Shown in pieces: positions 1 to 6,931 of a stretch of DNA of 26,197 bases. The stretch's first letter is position 1. The number at the start of each line of letters is the position of its first letter. A program made the translations under genes and the position numbers. The notes beneath the pieces were generated by a model. It was not told the origin of the DNA. It was given only the letters and a program-made list of their open reading frames with translations, and did no database searches. This DNA is from a virus (Duplodnaviria > Caudoviricetes): positions 1 through 26,197 of the IMG/VR virus record IMGVR_UViG_3300023076_000009; one strand, written 5' to 3'.

Positions 1-37
1 GGGTTTTACTTAAAATTAAAAATAAATCACTTTTTAT

Positions 38-70
38 TAGGAATTGTCATTTTAATTTATTATCTTTGTA
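38..70 (+). promoter_or_regulatory. Bacteroidetes-type promoter (TAGG -33 variant, 19-nt spacer, TATCTTTG -7 box)
   Basis: TAGG at 38-41 and TATCTTTG at 61-68. This matches the Bacteroidetes TAnnTTTG consensus, lies 20 nt before ATG 89, and has the same layout at 608 and 24708. Confidence 0.8.
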
Positions 71-88
71 TAACTTAAAAATTAAAAC

Positions 89-595
89 ATGGAAGAATTA
101 CAATTAGAGTTTGTACGTTATGTACATTATTTCGATGATTCTATTAATACAGAATCAGTTCAAGAGTTAATTGGTATATTAGCATCAGTACCAAGTGTAG
201 ATTTATTTATTAGTACTCCAGGTGGAGAATTACCTGCAATGAAAGTTTTATTACATTTCATTAATCAACATCCTGATATAACTATTTATCTAACACATTA
301 TGTAGCTTCAGCAGGTACACTATTACTTACTGATTGTGATAAAGAAGTATATTTAAGTGAAGAATTAGATTTACTTTTATTTCATCAAATTGATAGAGAG
401 TTTGGAGGAAGATTTAGAAAACAATTATTTAATTCTGAAATATTATTTGAACAGATTAAAAATGAAAATCAAAAGTATGCTGATAAGTTTAAACGTTTAG
501 GATTAAATTCTAAAGAAATAAAAAGATTTATGGAAGGTGAAGATATTATACTTTATAAAAAAGATTTTGATAGATTGAAAGTTAATAAAAAATAA
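89..595 (+). CDS. ClpP-like (S14/S49 crotonase-fold) serine protease
   Basis: VDLFISTPGG (cf. INSPGG), VASAG (catalytic Ser), LFHQ (catalytic His) and GEDIIL (candidate Asp), in the order seen in ClpP. Confidence 0.8.
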   Translation: MEELQLEFVRYVHYFDDSINTESVQELIGILASVPSVDLFISTPGGELPAMKVLLHFINQHPDITIYLTHYVASAGTLLLTDCDKEVYLSEELDLLLFHQIDREFGGRFRKQLFNSEILFEQIKNENQKYADKFKRLGLNSKEIKRFMEGEDIILYKKDFDRLKVNKK

Positions 596-607
596 TTACA
601 ATAAAAT

Positions 608-640
608 TAGGATATGTCAAATTAATTTCGTATCTTTGTA
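608..640 (+). promoter_or_regulatory. Bacteroidetes-type promoter (TAGG-N19-TATCTTTG)
   Basis: TAGG at 608-611 and TATCTTTG at 631-638, intergenic, upstream of a long run of coupled ORFs. Confidence 0.8.
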
Positions 641-654
641 AAAGAATTAAAAAT

Positions 655-741
655 ATGAATAATTTTATATACTGGGATGATCAATGGAATCCTAAACCAA
701 AAGAAGAAAATAATGATAGTAAACATACAAGAAACATATAA
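655..741 (+). CDS. 28-aa small ORF (MNNFIYWDDQWNPKPKEENNDSKHTRNI), not in ORF track
   Basis: First ATG after the 608-640 promoter, A-rich leader (AAAAATATG), TAA stop, overlaps the next gene start at 713. Confidence 0.5.
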   Translation: MNNFIYWDDQWNPKPKEENNDSKHTRNI

Positions 742-991
742 CAATATTGAAAAAGATGTAATTGATAATCAAAAAGATATATTCAATCTTTACAATTATT
801 ATACACACAAATACCGAGGGAATAGATTAAATGATATTAACTTAGGTTTATTTCTAAATGATTCACAACAACCAGTTGCACAGATCTTTGTAAGAAATAA
901 AACAGGTTATATTAAAACACATTTAGTCTTCAATAAAGAAGGTAATACAATACTAGATATTAAAACTTTAAACTTTAAAATTAATGAATAA
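713..991 (+). CDS. hypothetical protein (track start 677; ATG 713 preferred)
   Basis: Open frame; ATG 713 follows an A-rich stretch; stop overlaps the next gene (ATGAATAA). Confidence 0.65.
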   Translation: MIVNIQETYNNIEKDVIDNQKDIFNLYNYYTHKYRGNRLNDINLGLFLNDSQQPVAQIFVRNKTGYIKTHLVFNKEGNTILDIKTLNFKINE

Positions 992-1217
992 GCTATACAT
1001 AAGGAAAACAATTAATCAACCTGTCTACAATGATGGGTTGAATGAATCTAATTTAGAATTTGAAAAACAAACAATGTTGTTTGATGCAATTAGATCTCAA
1101 TCTAAATTAATAAATACTACTAAACATTATCCTAAAGATAATTCAATGAATATTGATTTAGAACTTGATTTAGTTATTATGACAAGTAAAGAATATAATA
1201 ATTTAATTACAAAATAA
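984..1217 (+). CDS. hypothetical protein
   Basis: 77-aa ORF coupled at both ends (ATGAATAA and TAATG overlaps). Confidence 0.7.
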   Translation: MNKLYIRKTINQPVYNDGLNESNLEFEKQTMLFDAIRSQSKLINTTKHYPKDNSMNIDLELDLVIMTSKEYNNLITK

Positions 1218-1474
1218 TGAGTAATTTTATGAGTAGAGGATCTCGACAAGTTAAACTTCAAGAGAATAAAAAAGTAAAGAAACATCTTAAAGGTTTTTAT
1301 CAAACAATTGGTTTAATCAGTCAAGTAGCTGATGAATTAAAAGAATCAGGCGTTGATGTTAATGAAACTAATGTTGAGAAATTAGCTAAAGATATTTTAG
1401 GTAGAGATATTGATTCATTAGAGAAAACATTAATCTTAGGTAAATTAAGCAATCCTAATCATGGAATTGAATAA
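1217..1474 (+). CDS. hypothetical helical protein
   Basis: 85-aa ORF with TAATG coupling, basic N-terminus and helical pattern. Confidence 0.7.
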   Translation: MSNFMSRGSRQVKLQENKKVKKHLKGFYQTIGLISQVADELKESGVDVNETNVEKLAKDILGRDIDSLEKTLILGKLSNPNHGIE

Positions 1475-1748
1475 GATAACACTTAAAAATATTAAAGCAT
1501 ATATTGAAGGTAATTCAAATATGTTTATAGATAAATTAGGATTACAATCTAAAGAGTATCAGGAACAGATAGCATACAGAATGCTACAATGTACAGACTG
1601 TCTTAGTGCAGGTAAATGTTCTTATTGTGGGTGTGATGTTCCTGGTAAACTTTATGTAAGTGAATCCTGTAATAATGGAGATCGCTTTCCAGATTTAATG
1701 TCTCCAATTGAATGGAGAAAATATAAAGAAGAAAATGGAATTAAGTAA
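1461..1748 (+). CDS. Cys-rich putative zinc-binding protein
   Basis: R-x3-CTDC...KCSYCGC...K-x6-C...W pattern typical of small phage Zn-binding proteins. Confidence 0.7.
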   Translation: MELNKITLKNIKAYIEGNSNMFIDKLGLQSKEYQEQIAYRMLQCTDCLSAGKCSYCGCDVPGKLYVSESCNNGDRFPDLMSPIEWRKYKEENGIK

Positions 1749-1911
1749 ATATACAGTTAAAGAAAAAGATGATTTAGTTAAATTCCTAAATCAATGTATA
1801 AAGATTGTTCAAAGTGGTGATGTATGTTATCATAACAATATAACTGATACTTTAGAAATGGAATTTGCAGTTAGAAGAAAAGGTATATCTAAAACTATTA
1901 ACAATGGATAA
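1735..1911 (+). CDS. hypothetical protein (track start 1708; ATG 1735 preferred)
   Basis: ATG 1735 gives a short overlap with the upstream stop, like the neighbouring junctions. Confidence 0.6.
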   Translation: MELSKYTVKEKDDLVKFLNQCIKIVQSGDVCYHNNITDTLEMEFAVRRKGISKTINNG

Positions 1912-2140
1912 AACATATATCATTCATAGAAGACATCTTAAACAAGCATTAGATCATATCGAAAAGTTTGAAGAATCTATGATAAAATGGAATTCTAAAC
2001 ACGAAGGTTATTTAACTAGTGTTAAAATAGAATATGATAAAAATACTGACGGTTATAATATAGAAATTAATATTAAAAGTAATGAGCAAGAAAACACTAA
2101 TCCAATTACAGAAGTTACTGGATCACATGACGTACTATAA
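1904..2140 (+). CDS. hypothetical protein (track start 1865; ATG 1904 preferred)
   Basis: ATGGATAA 8-nt overlap with the upstream stop. Confidence 0.6.
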   Translation: MDKTYIIHRRHLKQALDHIEKFEESMIKWNSKHEGYLTSVKIEYDKNTDGYNIEINIKSNEQENTNPITEVTGSHDVL

Positions 2141-2402
2141 TAGTATGGCTCCGTTTCCAGTATTTGATACGGATTATGTGAAAGAGATTGAAAATAAAAT
2201 TATTAAAATGAAAGAAGATAAAACTAATTATGATGAAGAACCTGTTTTAGCATGTAGATACTGTAATAATCTACATATTGTTGTAGATGATGTAGATAAC
2301 AATATTTGTTTTAGATGTAATTCCGTAAATGAAATACAAGAATTTAAAACAATATTTGAATGGGAAGAAAAAGAAAATAAACGTAAATCTAATAATAGAT
2401 AA
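2082..2402 (+). CDS. zinc-ribbon protein
   Basis: CRYCNNLHI...CFRCNS, two CxxC pairs in the C-terminal half. Confidence 0.7.
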   Translation: MSKKTLIQLQKLLDHMTYYNSMAPFPVFDTDYVKEIENKIIKMKEDKTNYDEEPVLACRYCNNLHIVVDDVDNNICFRCNSVNEIQEFKTIFEWEEKENKRKSNNR

Positions 2403-2404
2403 TT

Positions 2405-3061
2405 ATGCCTAAAGAAAACATGAATGGTCGACCTTTGAAAACAGAACCTAAACTGAATGTAGATTTAAATGATGAACAAAGAGAATTTGTAGAATTATTT
2501 TATCAATATGATGTAAACTTTTTATTAGGTGACTTTGGTTCAGGTAAATCATTAGCTGCAGTACATACTGCGTTAAAAGCTTTTAGAAAGAAACAATGTA
2601 ATCAAATATGGATTACTAGACCAATGCTTAAAAACAATTTAGGTGCATTACCTGGAGAGATTGCAGATAAACTTCAACCATATGTTTTTCCAATTATGCA
2701 GAATCTTGAAGTATGTCAAGGTAAAGAAATGACTGAAAAAATGGTTAAAGAAGGTCTTATTCAAATTATGCCAATTGAAGTTGCTAAAGGTGTAACATTT
2801 ATGAAATCTGTAGTTATTGTAGATGAATTTCAAGATATGAATTATCAAGACTTTAGAACAATCTTAACTAGATTAGGTACAGGAAGTAAAATGATTTTCT
2901 GTGGTTCTAAAGAACAAATTGATAAATCTATTAATGGTAATTCATGTTTACATACAATATTAAAATTAGAGAAAAGTGATTTAGTAGGATTTAAAACGCT
3001 TAAAGCAAATCATAGAAATCCTATATTAACTGATATAATTAAGTATTTAGAAAATGAATAA
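2405..3061 (+). CDS. phoH: PhoH-like ATPase
   Basis: N..Q motif, Walker A GDFGSGKS, ITRP, LGALPG..KL.PY..PI, Walker B VIVDEFQ, LTRLG..SKMIFCG..QID, HRNP. Confidence 0.92.
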   Translation: MPKENMNGRPLKTEPKLNVDLNDEQREFVELFYQYDVNFLLGDFGSGKSLAAVHTALKAFRKKQCNQIWITRPMLKNNLGALPGEIADKLQPYVFPIMQNLEVCQGKEMTEKMVKEGLIQIMPIEVAKGVTFMKSVVIVDEFQDMNYQDFRTILTRLGTGSKMIFCGSKEQIDKSINGNSCLHTILKLEKSDLVGFKTLKANHRNPILTDIIKYLENE

Positions 3062-3434
3062 TATAAAAGTAGCTAGTATAAATGTAAAAATTAAGAATTT
3101 CTTTTATAGATACATTGAGTTTCTTCAGCCTTTTCATAAGCTAACTAAACAACATCAAAAAGTACTAGCTTTATTTTTATATCATCATTACAGATTATCA
3201 AAAGAAATAACTAATAAGAATATTGTTTGGAAAGAGGTATTTGATTATGATACAAAATTATTAATATCTGAAGAATTAAATATTAATGATCAGTCATTAC
3301 AAAATATACTATCTCAATTTAGAAAAAAGAAAGTTATAATTGATAAACAAATATCTCCAGTATATATACCTGAATTATCAAAAGATACAAAACAATTTAG
3401 TATAAACTTTAATTTCAATATAATTTATGAATAA
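3054..3434 (+). CDS. winged-helix DNA-binding protein (putative)
   Basis: LTKQHQKVL...ISEELNINDQSLQNILSQFRKKKVI is a helix-turn-helix plus wing pattern. Confidence 0.6.
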   Translation: MNNIKVASINVKIKNFFYRYIEFLQPFHKLTKQHQKVLALFLYHHYRLSKEITNKNIVWKEVFDYDTKLLISEELNINDQSLQNILSQFRKKKVIIDKQISPVYIPELSKDTKQFSINFNFNIIYE

Positions 3435-3732
3435 AATTGATGATAAGAAAATTAAAGATATTATACATAGTATTGGTTTAGCTAATAATTTAACAGATGA
3501 TGAAGTTAGAAATATTGTAGAATCTCAATTTAGATTTACTTACGAAACAATAAAAAATTTAAGCTTTAGTGATTTAAGTGAAGAAGAAATTGATAATTTA
3601 AAAACAAATTTTTATTTTAAGTATTTAGGGAAGTTGTATACTAATTCAGAAACAATTAGACGTACAATAAGAAAAGATGAAATTATAAAACAAAAGAAGA
3701 ATGTTAGAACAAATGAATTTAAGTCAGAGTGA
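3427..3732 (+). CDS. HU/IHF-like DNA-binding protein
   Basis: KDIIHSIGLANNLTDDEVRNIVESQF...NFYFKYLGKL matches the HU/IHF helices and the FG.F-like strand. IHF-like genes are typical of crAss-like late regions. Confidence 0.75.
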   Translation: MNKIDDKKIKDIIHSIGLANNLTDDEVRNIVESQFRFTYETIKNLSFSDLSEEEIDNLKTNFYFKYLGKLYTNSETIRRTIRKDEIIKQKKNVRTNEFKSE

Positions 3733-4069
3733 AGCAATTGAAATTGCAAACTCTTTTCCAGTAGAACCTCTATTTGGAAAGATCGTTATAACTATTAATA
3801 AAGATGAGCCAGATGGAAATTTGATACTTTCAGATAATGTAATGTCTGAAGTACAATATGTAATTGCTAAAGGTGAGTATGTTAAAAGTTTAGATTTAGG
3901 ACAGAAAGTAATTATTAATTTAAGTAAACTTATGTCTAGAGAAAGAAATCCTCAAAATCAAGATGAAATTCTTGAAGGTGTAAAAATTGAACCATTGTTA
4001 ATTGATGGTAGATTATATGCAATTATAGAGGATCGAATTATTAAATGTAAATATAAAGAATTAGACTAA
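3701..4069 (+). CDS. groES: GroES/Cpn10-like co-chaperonin
   Basis: VEPLFGKIVI (cf. IRPLHDRVIV), mobile loop DGNLILSD (cf. GGIVL), VIAKG..V..LDLGQKVI, IDGRLYAIIEDRII (cf. IDNEEVLIMSESDI). Confidence 0.75.
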   Translation: MLEQMNLSQSEAIEIANSFPVEPLFGKIVITINKDEPDGNLILSDNVMSEVQYVIAKGEYVKSLDLGQKVIINLSKLMSRERNPQNQDEILEGVKIEPLLIDGRLYAIIEDRIIKCKYKELD

Positions 4070-4188
4070 TGAATAAATTAGAAGTTTTAAAAATTGCAAT
4101 TGAAATTGTAAACAGATGGGGTTATGCAGATTTAAAAAACATTAAATCCGTATATGTAGAATTAATTAATATATTAAATAATGAATAA
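4069..4188 (+). CDS. 39-aa small helical protein, not in ORF track (MNKLEVLKIAIEIVNRWGYADLKNIKSVYVELINILNNE)
   Basis: Exactly fills the gap: TAATG overlap with the groES stop and ATGAATAA overlap with the next gene. Confidence 0.75.
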   Translation: MNKLEVLKIAIEIVNRWGYADLKNIKSVYVELINILNNE

Positions 4189-4381
4189 AGAACAAGCATT
4201 TCAAATTATTGAACAAGCATTAAATATAAGTGCACAAAAAGGAGTATTTGGATTACAAGATTCAGCTACAATATTGAAAGCATTAAATATTTTAAAACAA
4301 GAAATAGGACCTCAACCAGAATTACCTAAACCAGGTAAGATGGTAGGAAGTATTAAAGAAGATAAAACTAAACAAGATTAA
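4181..4381 (+). CDS. small helical hypothetical protein
   Basis: 66-aa ORF with two amphipathic helices followed by a Pro/Lys-rich tail. Confidence 0.75.
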   Translation: MNKEQAFQIIEQALNISAQKGVFGLQDSATILKALNILKQEIGPQPELPKPGKMVGSIKEDKTKQD

Positions 4382-4382
4382 T

Positions 4383-4718
4383 ATGAAGAAAATTTATAGT
4401 ATTAGTGCAATTGTACTAACAGGAGTTACACTTGTAGCTTATTTATTTGGTAAAATTGATAGTGTTACATTTGGTACAGTAACTGGAATGATTGCAACAA
4501 CATTATTTGGATTATACCAAAAATTTGAAAAAGGAGAAGTTCTTAAAGAAAATCTTAAATTAAAGTTAGATATTGAAGATATTGCAACATCTTTAAGAAA
4601 AGAATATGAATATAATAAAGAACTTTGTAATAAACTTTATACTGAAGCAGAAGTTTTAGAAATTGCAAAAGATCAAGTGATGCAAGTTAAAAAGACTAGA
4701 AATAAAAAATCTAAATAA
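4383..4718 (+). CDS. membrane protein, 2 TM helices plus coiled coil (holin-like candidate)
   Basis: Hydrophobic segments IYSISAIVLTGVTLVAYLFG and VTFGTVTGMIATTLFGLY, then a charged helical tail ending in a basic stretch. Confidence 0.6.
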   Translation: MKKIYSISAIVLTGVTLVAYLFGKIDSVTFGTVTGMIATTLFGLYQKFEKGEVLKENLKLKLDIEDIATSLRKEYEYNKELCNKLYTEAEVLEIAKDQVMQVKKTRNKKSK

Positions 4719-5281
4719 TGAGATTATTTGAATTTAAAGATTGGGTCCTTACAGTTCGAGAAGAAGTGTGGGGACTCTCTCCATTTAAGGCAATTCTTAA
4801 AAGAGATAAAAGTAGAACAAAGGAAACAGCAATGAAAGAAATGTTATTTATCTATTATTACACGGATATTAAATCAGATTATTTAATTATGGATCCAAAG
4901 TTAAGAGTTAAGGAAATTGTAAAAGATATTAAGTTACCTGAAGATTGGAAACTTGATTCTGTTATGAAAGAAGCAATTGATTTTTATGAAAGTAGAAGTC
5001 TAACTGTTTTAGGTAAACTCTATAAAAGTGCTTTGGTATCGGCAAATGATATTAGTGAATATTTAGAAATGACAGCAGACTTATTACGTGAAAGAACTGA
5101 TAAGGGAGGAACAGTTACAACATTACCAATGATTGTAGCATCACAAGAAAAATTACCTAAGATTATGCAAAATTTAAAATCTGCAGAAAAAGAACTTCTT
5201 AAAGAACAAATTGAAACTGAAGGAAGAATGAAAGGTAGTAAAAGTATGGGAATTTTTGAAGAAGGACTTGGATTTGAATAA
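4718..5281 (+). CDS. crAss-like conserved protein upstream of the terminase (small terminase subunit candidate)
   Basis: 187 aa, helical, FKAILKRDKSRTKETAMKEMLFIYYYTD recalled from crAss-like packaging regions. Function is inferred from position only. Confidence 0.5.
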   Translation: MRLFEFKDWVLTVREEVWGLSPFKAILKRDKSRTKETAMKEMLFIYYYTDIKSDYLIMDPKLRVKEIVKDIKLPEDWKLDSVMKEAIDFYESRSLTVLGKLYKSALVSANDISEYLEMTADLLRERTDKGGTVTTLPMIVASQEKLPKIMQNLKSAEKELLKEQIETEGRMKGSKSMGIFEEGLGFE

Positions 5282-5282
5282 T

Positions 5283-5417
5283 ATGGAAGAAATAGAAGAT
5301 TTTATGAAAAGAACAAAACCTTTCTTAGATGAATTAAATAAATATCCTGAAGGTATTAAATTAATTTATTCTAAGGAAGGTTATATTCTTATGGTAGATT
5401 TAAAAATATTTGAATAA
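5283..5417 (+). CDS. 44-aa small protein, not in ORF track (MEEIEDFMKRTKPFLDELNKYPEGIKLIYSKEGYILMVDLKIFE)
   Basis: Starts 1 nt after the upstream stop; its TAA overlaps the groEL ATG (TAATG). Confidence 0.75.
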   Translation: MEEIEDFMKRTKPFLDELNKYPEGIKLIYSKEGYILMVDLKIFE

Positions 5418-6931
5418 TGGAAGAAATATATTTTGATAAAGAAGGAAGAGATAAACTTATATTAGGAATTAATAAAGCAAATGATGCCGTAGCTTCTACA
5501 ATGGGTCCAATGGGTTCAACAGTAATTATACCTGATAATGAAATGTATGGTAAATACAAAGTAACTAAAGATGGTGTAAGTGTTATTAATTCTATTAGTT
5601 TTAAAGATCCAGTTGAAAATATAGGTGTAGAACTTTTAAGAGAGGCCGCTAATCAAACTGTTAAACAAGCAGGTGATGGTACAACAACGTCTACTGTTCT
5701 TGCTACAGCATTTGTAAACAATCTTAAAGATTTTGATAGTTTAGAAATCAATAAAGCTTTTGATAGGATTATACCTGAAGTTATTAAACAACTAAAAGAG
5801 AATTCTAGAGAATTAAAGAAAGAAGATATATTACAAGTAGCTTCTATTTCAGCAAATAATGATAATCATATTGGACAAATTATTCAAGATGCTTATAATC
5901 ATTCAGATACTGTTAAAGTAGAAACTTGGGATAATGATGAAGATAAACTTGAATTAGTTGAAGGTATGTCATTACCAGTATCATACTTTTCTAAACATTT
6001 TGTAAATGATAAAAAGAAAGGTGAATGTAATTTGATTAATCCACATGTATTAATTTTAGATGGTAAATTAGATTCATTAACTCCATTTGAAGTTCCTATT
6101 CAGGAGATTGCTAAGTTAAATGAATCATTACTTATTATTACTGAAGATGTACATTTAACAGTATTAAAATTAATTGAAACAAATGTATTAAATGGTTATT
6201 TAGATGTGTGTATTATTAAAGCCCCAGGTTTTGCAAAACATAGAAAAGATTTGTTACGTGATTTATCTGACTTTACAGGTGCCACTATTATTGATAATTT
6301 TAAGAATAAGTATACATCTAATATTTTAGGTAAACTTAAATCATGTAAAATTAGTAAATCTAATAGTGTATTAGTTAAACATGATGATATTAATATTGAT
6401 GAATTCATTAATAATTTAAAAGAGTTTTCTAAATCAGATGAACTTACAGATTATGATAAAGAACTAGTAAACCAACGTATTGAAAAATTAACAGGTAAAG
6501 TATCTATTATTAAAGTTGGTGGTAGAACACCAAATGAAATGAAAGAACGTAAAGATAGATATGATGATGCTGTACTTGCAGTAGCTTGTGCATTAGAAGA
6601 AGGTATTGTAGAAGGTGCAGGATATGCGTTAAAAGAATCAGCATATATTATACATTGTAACTTTATTGAATCAAATAAAAATAGATTATTAGTAGATCTT
6701 GCTGTTTTAGATGCACTTTCAGCACCTATTGAAAAAATATCTGAAAATGGATGTATATTGGATGAAATGTTATATGGTACAAAATCATCAACACCAAGAG
6801 TAACTTATTTTGAAAAAAATATTATAGATCCACTTAAAGTTACTAGATGTGCATTAGAAAATGCAGTATCTGTAGCTAAAGTTATACTCAGTACTAAAGC
6901 TGTAGTATTAAATAAAGATTCATGGAATTAA
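5417..6931 (+). CDS. groEL: GroEL/Cpn60-like chaperonin
   Basis: TMGPMG, VTKDGVSV, AGDGTTT, ISANND, KAPGF, IKVGG, EMKERKDRYDDA (D398 equivalent), EEGIVEGAG, IIDPLKVTRCALENAVSVA. No GGM tail. Confidence 0.97.
   Translation: MEEIYFDKEGRDKLILGINKANDAVASTMGPMGSTVIIPDNEMYGKYKVTKDGVSVINSISFKDPVENIGVELLREAANQTVKQAGDGTTTSTVLATAFVNNLKDFDSLEINKAFDRIIPEVIKQLKENSRELKKEDILQVASISANNDNHIGQIIQDAYNHSDTVKVETWDNDEDKLELVEGMSLPVSYFSKHFVNDKKKGECNLINPHVLILDGKLDSLTPFEVPIQEIAKLNESLLIITEDVHLTVLKLIETNVLNGYLDVCIIKAPGFAKHRKDLLRDLSDFTGATIIDNFKNKYTSNILGKLKSCKISKSNSVLVKHDDINIDEFINNLKEFSKSDELTDYDKELVNQRIEKLTGKVSIIKVGGRTPNEMKERKDRYDDAVLAVACALEEGIVEGAGYALKESAYIIHCNFIESNKNRLLVDLAVLDALSAPIEKISENGCILDEMLYGTKSSTPRVTYFEKNIIDPLKVTRCALENAVSVAKVILSTKAVVLNKDSWN

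Noticed and set aside
5417-6931. groEL as host chromosomal contamination
   Set aside because: It is highly diverged from bacterial GroEL, has the same AT-rich codon style as its neighbours, and overlaps phage genes at both ends.
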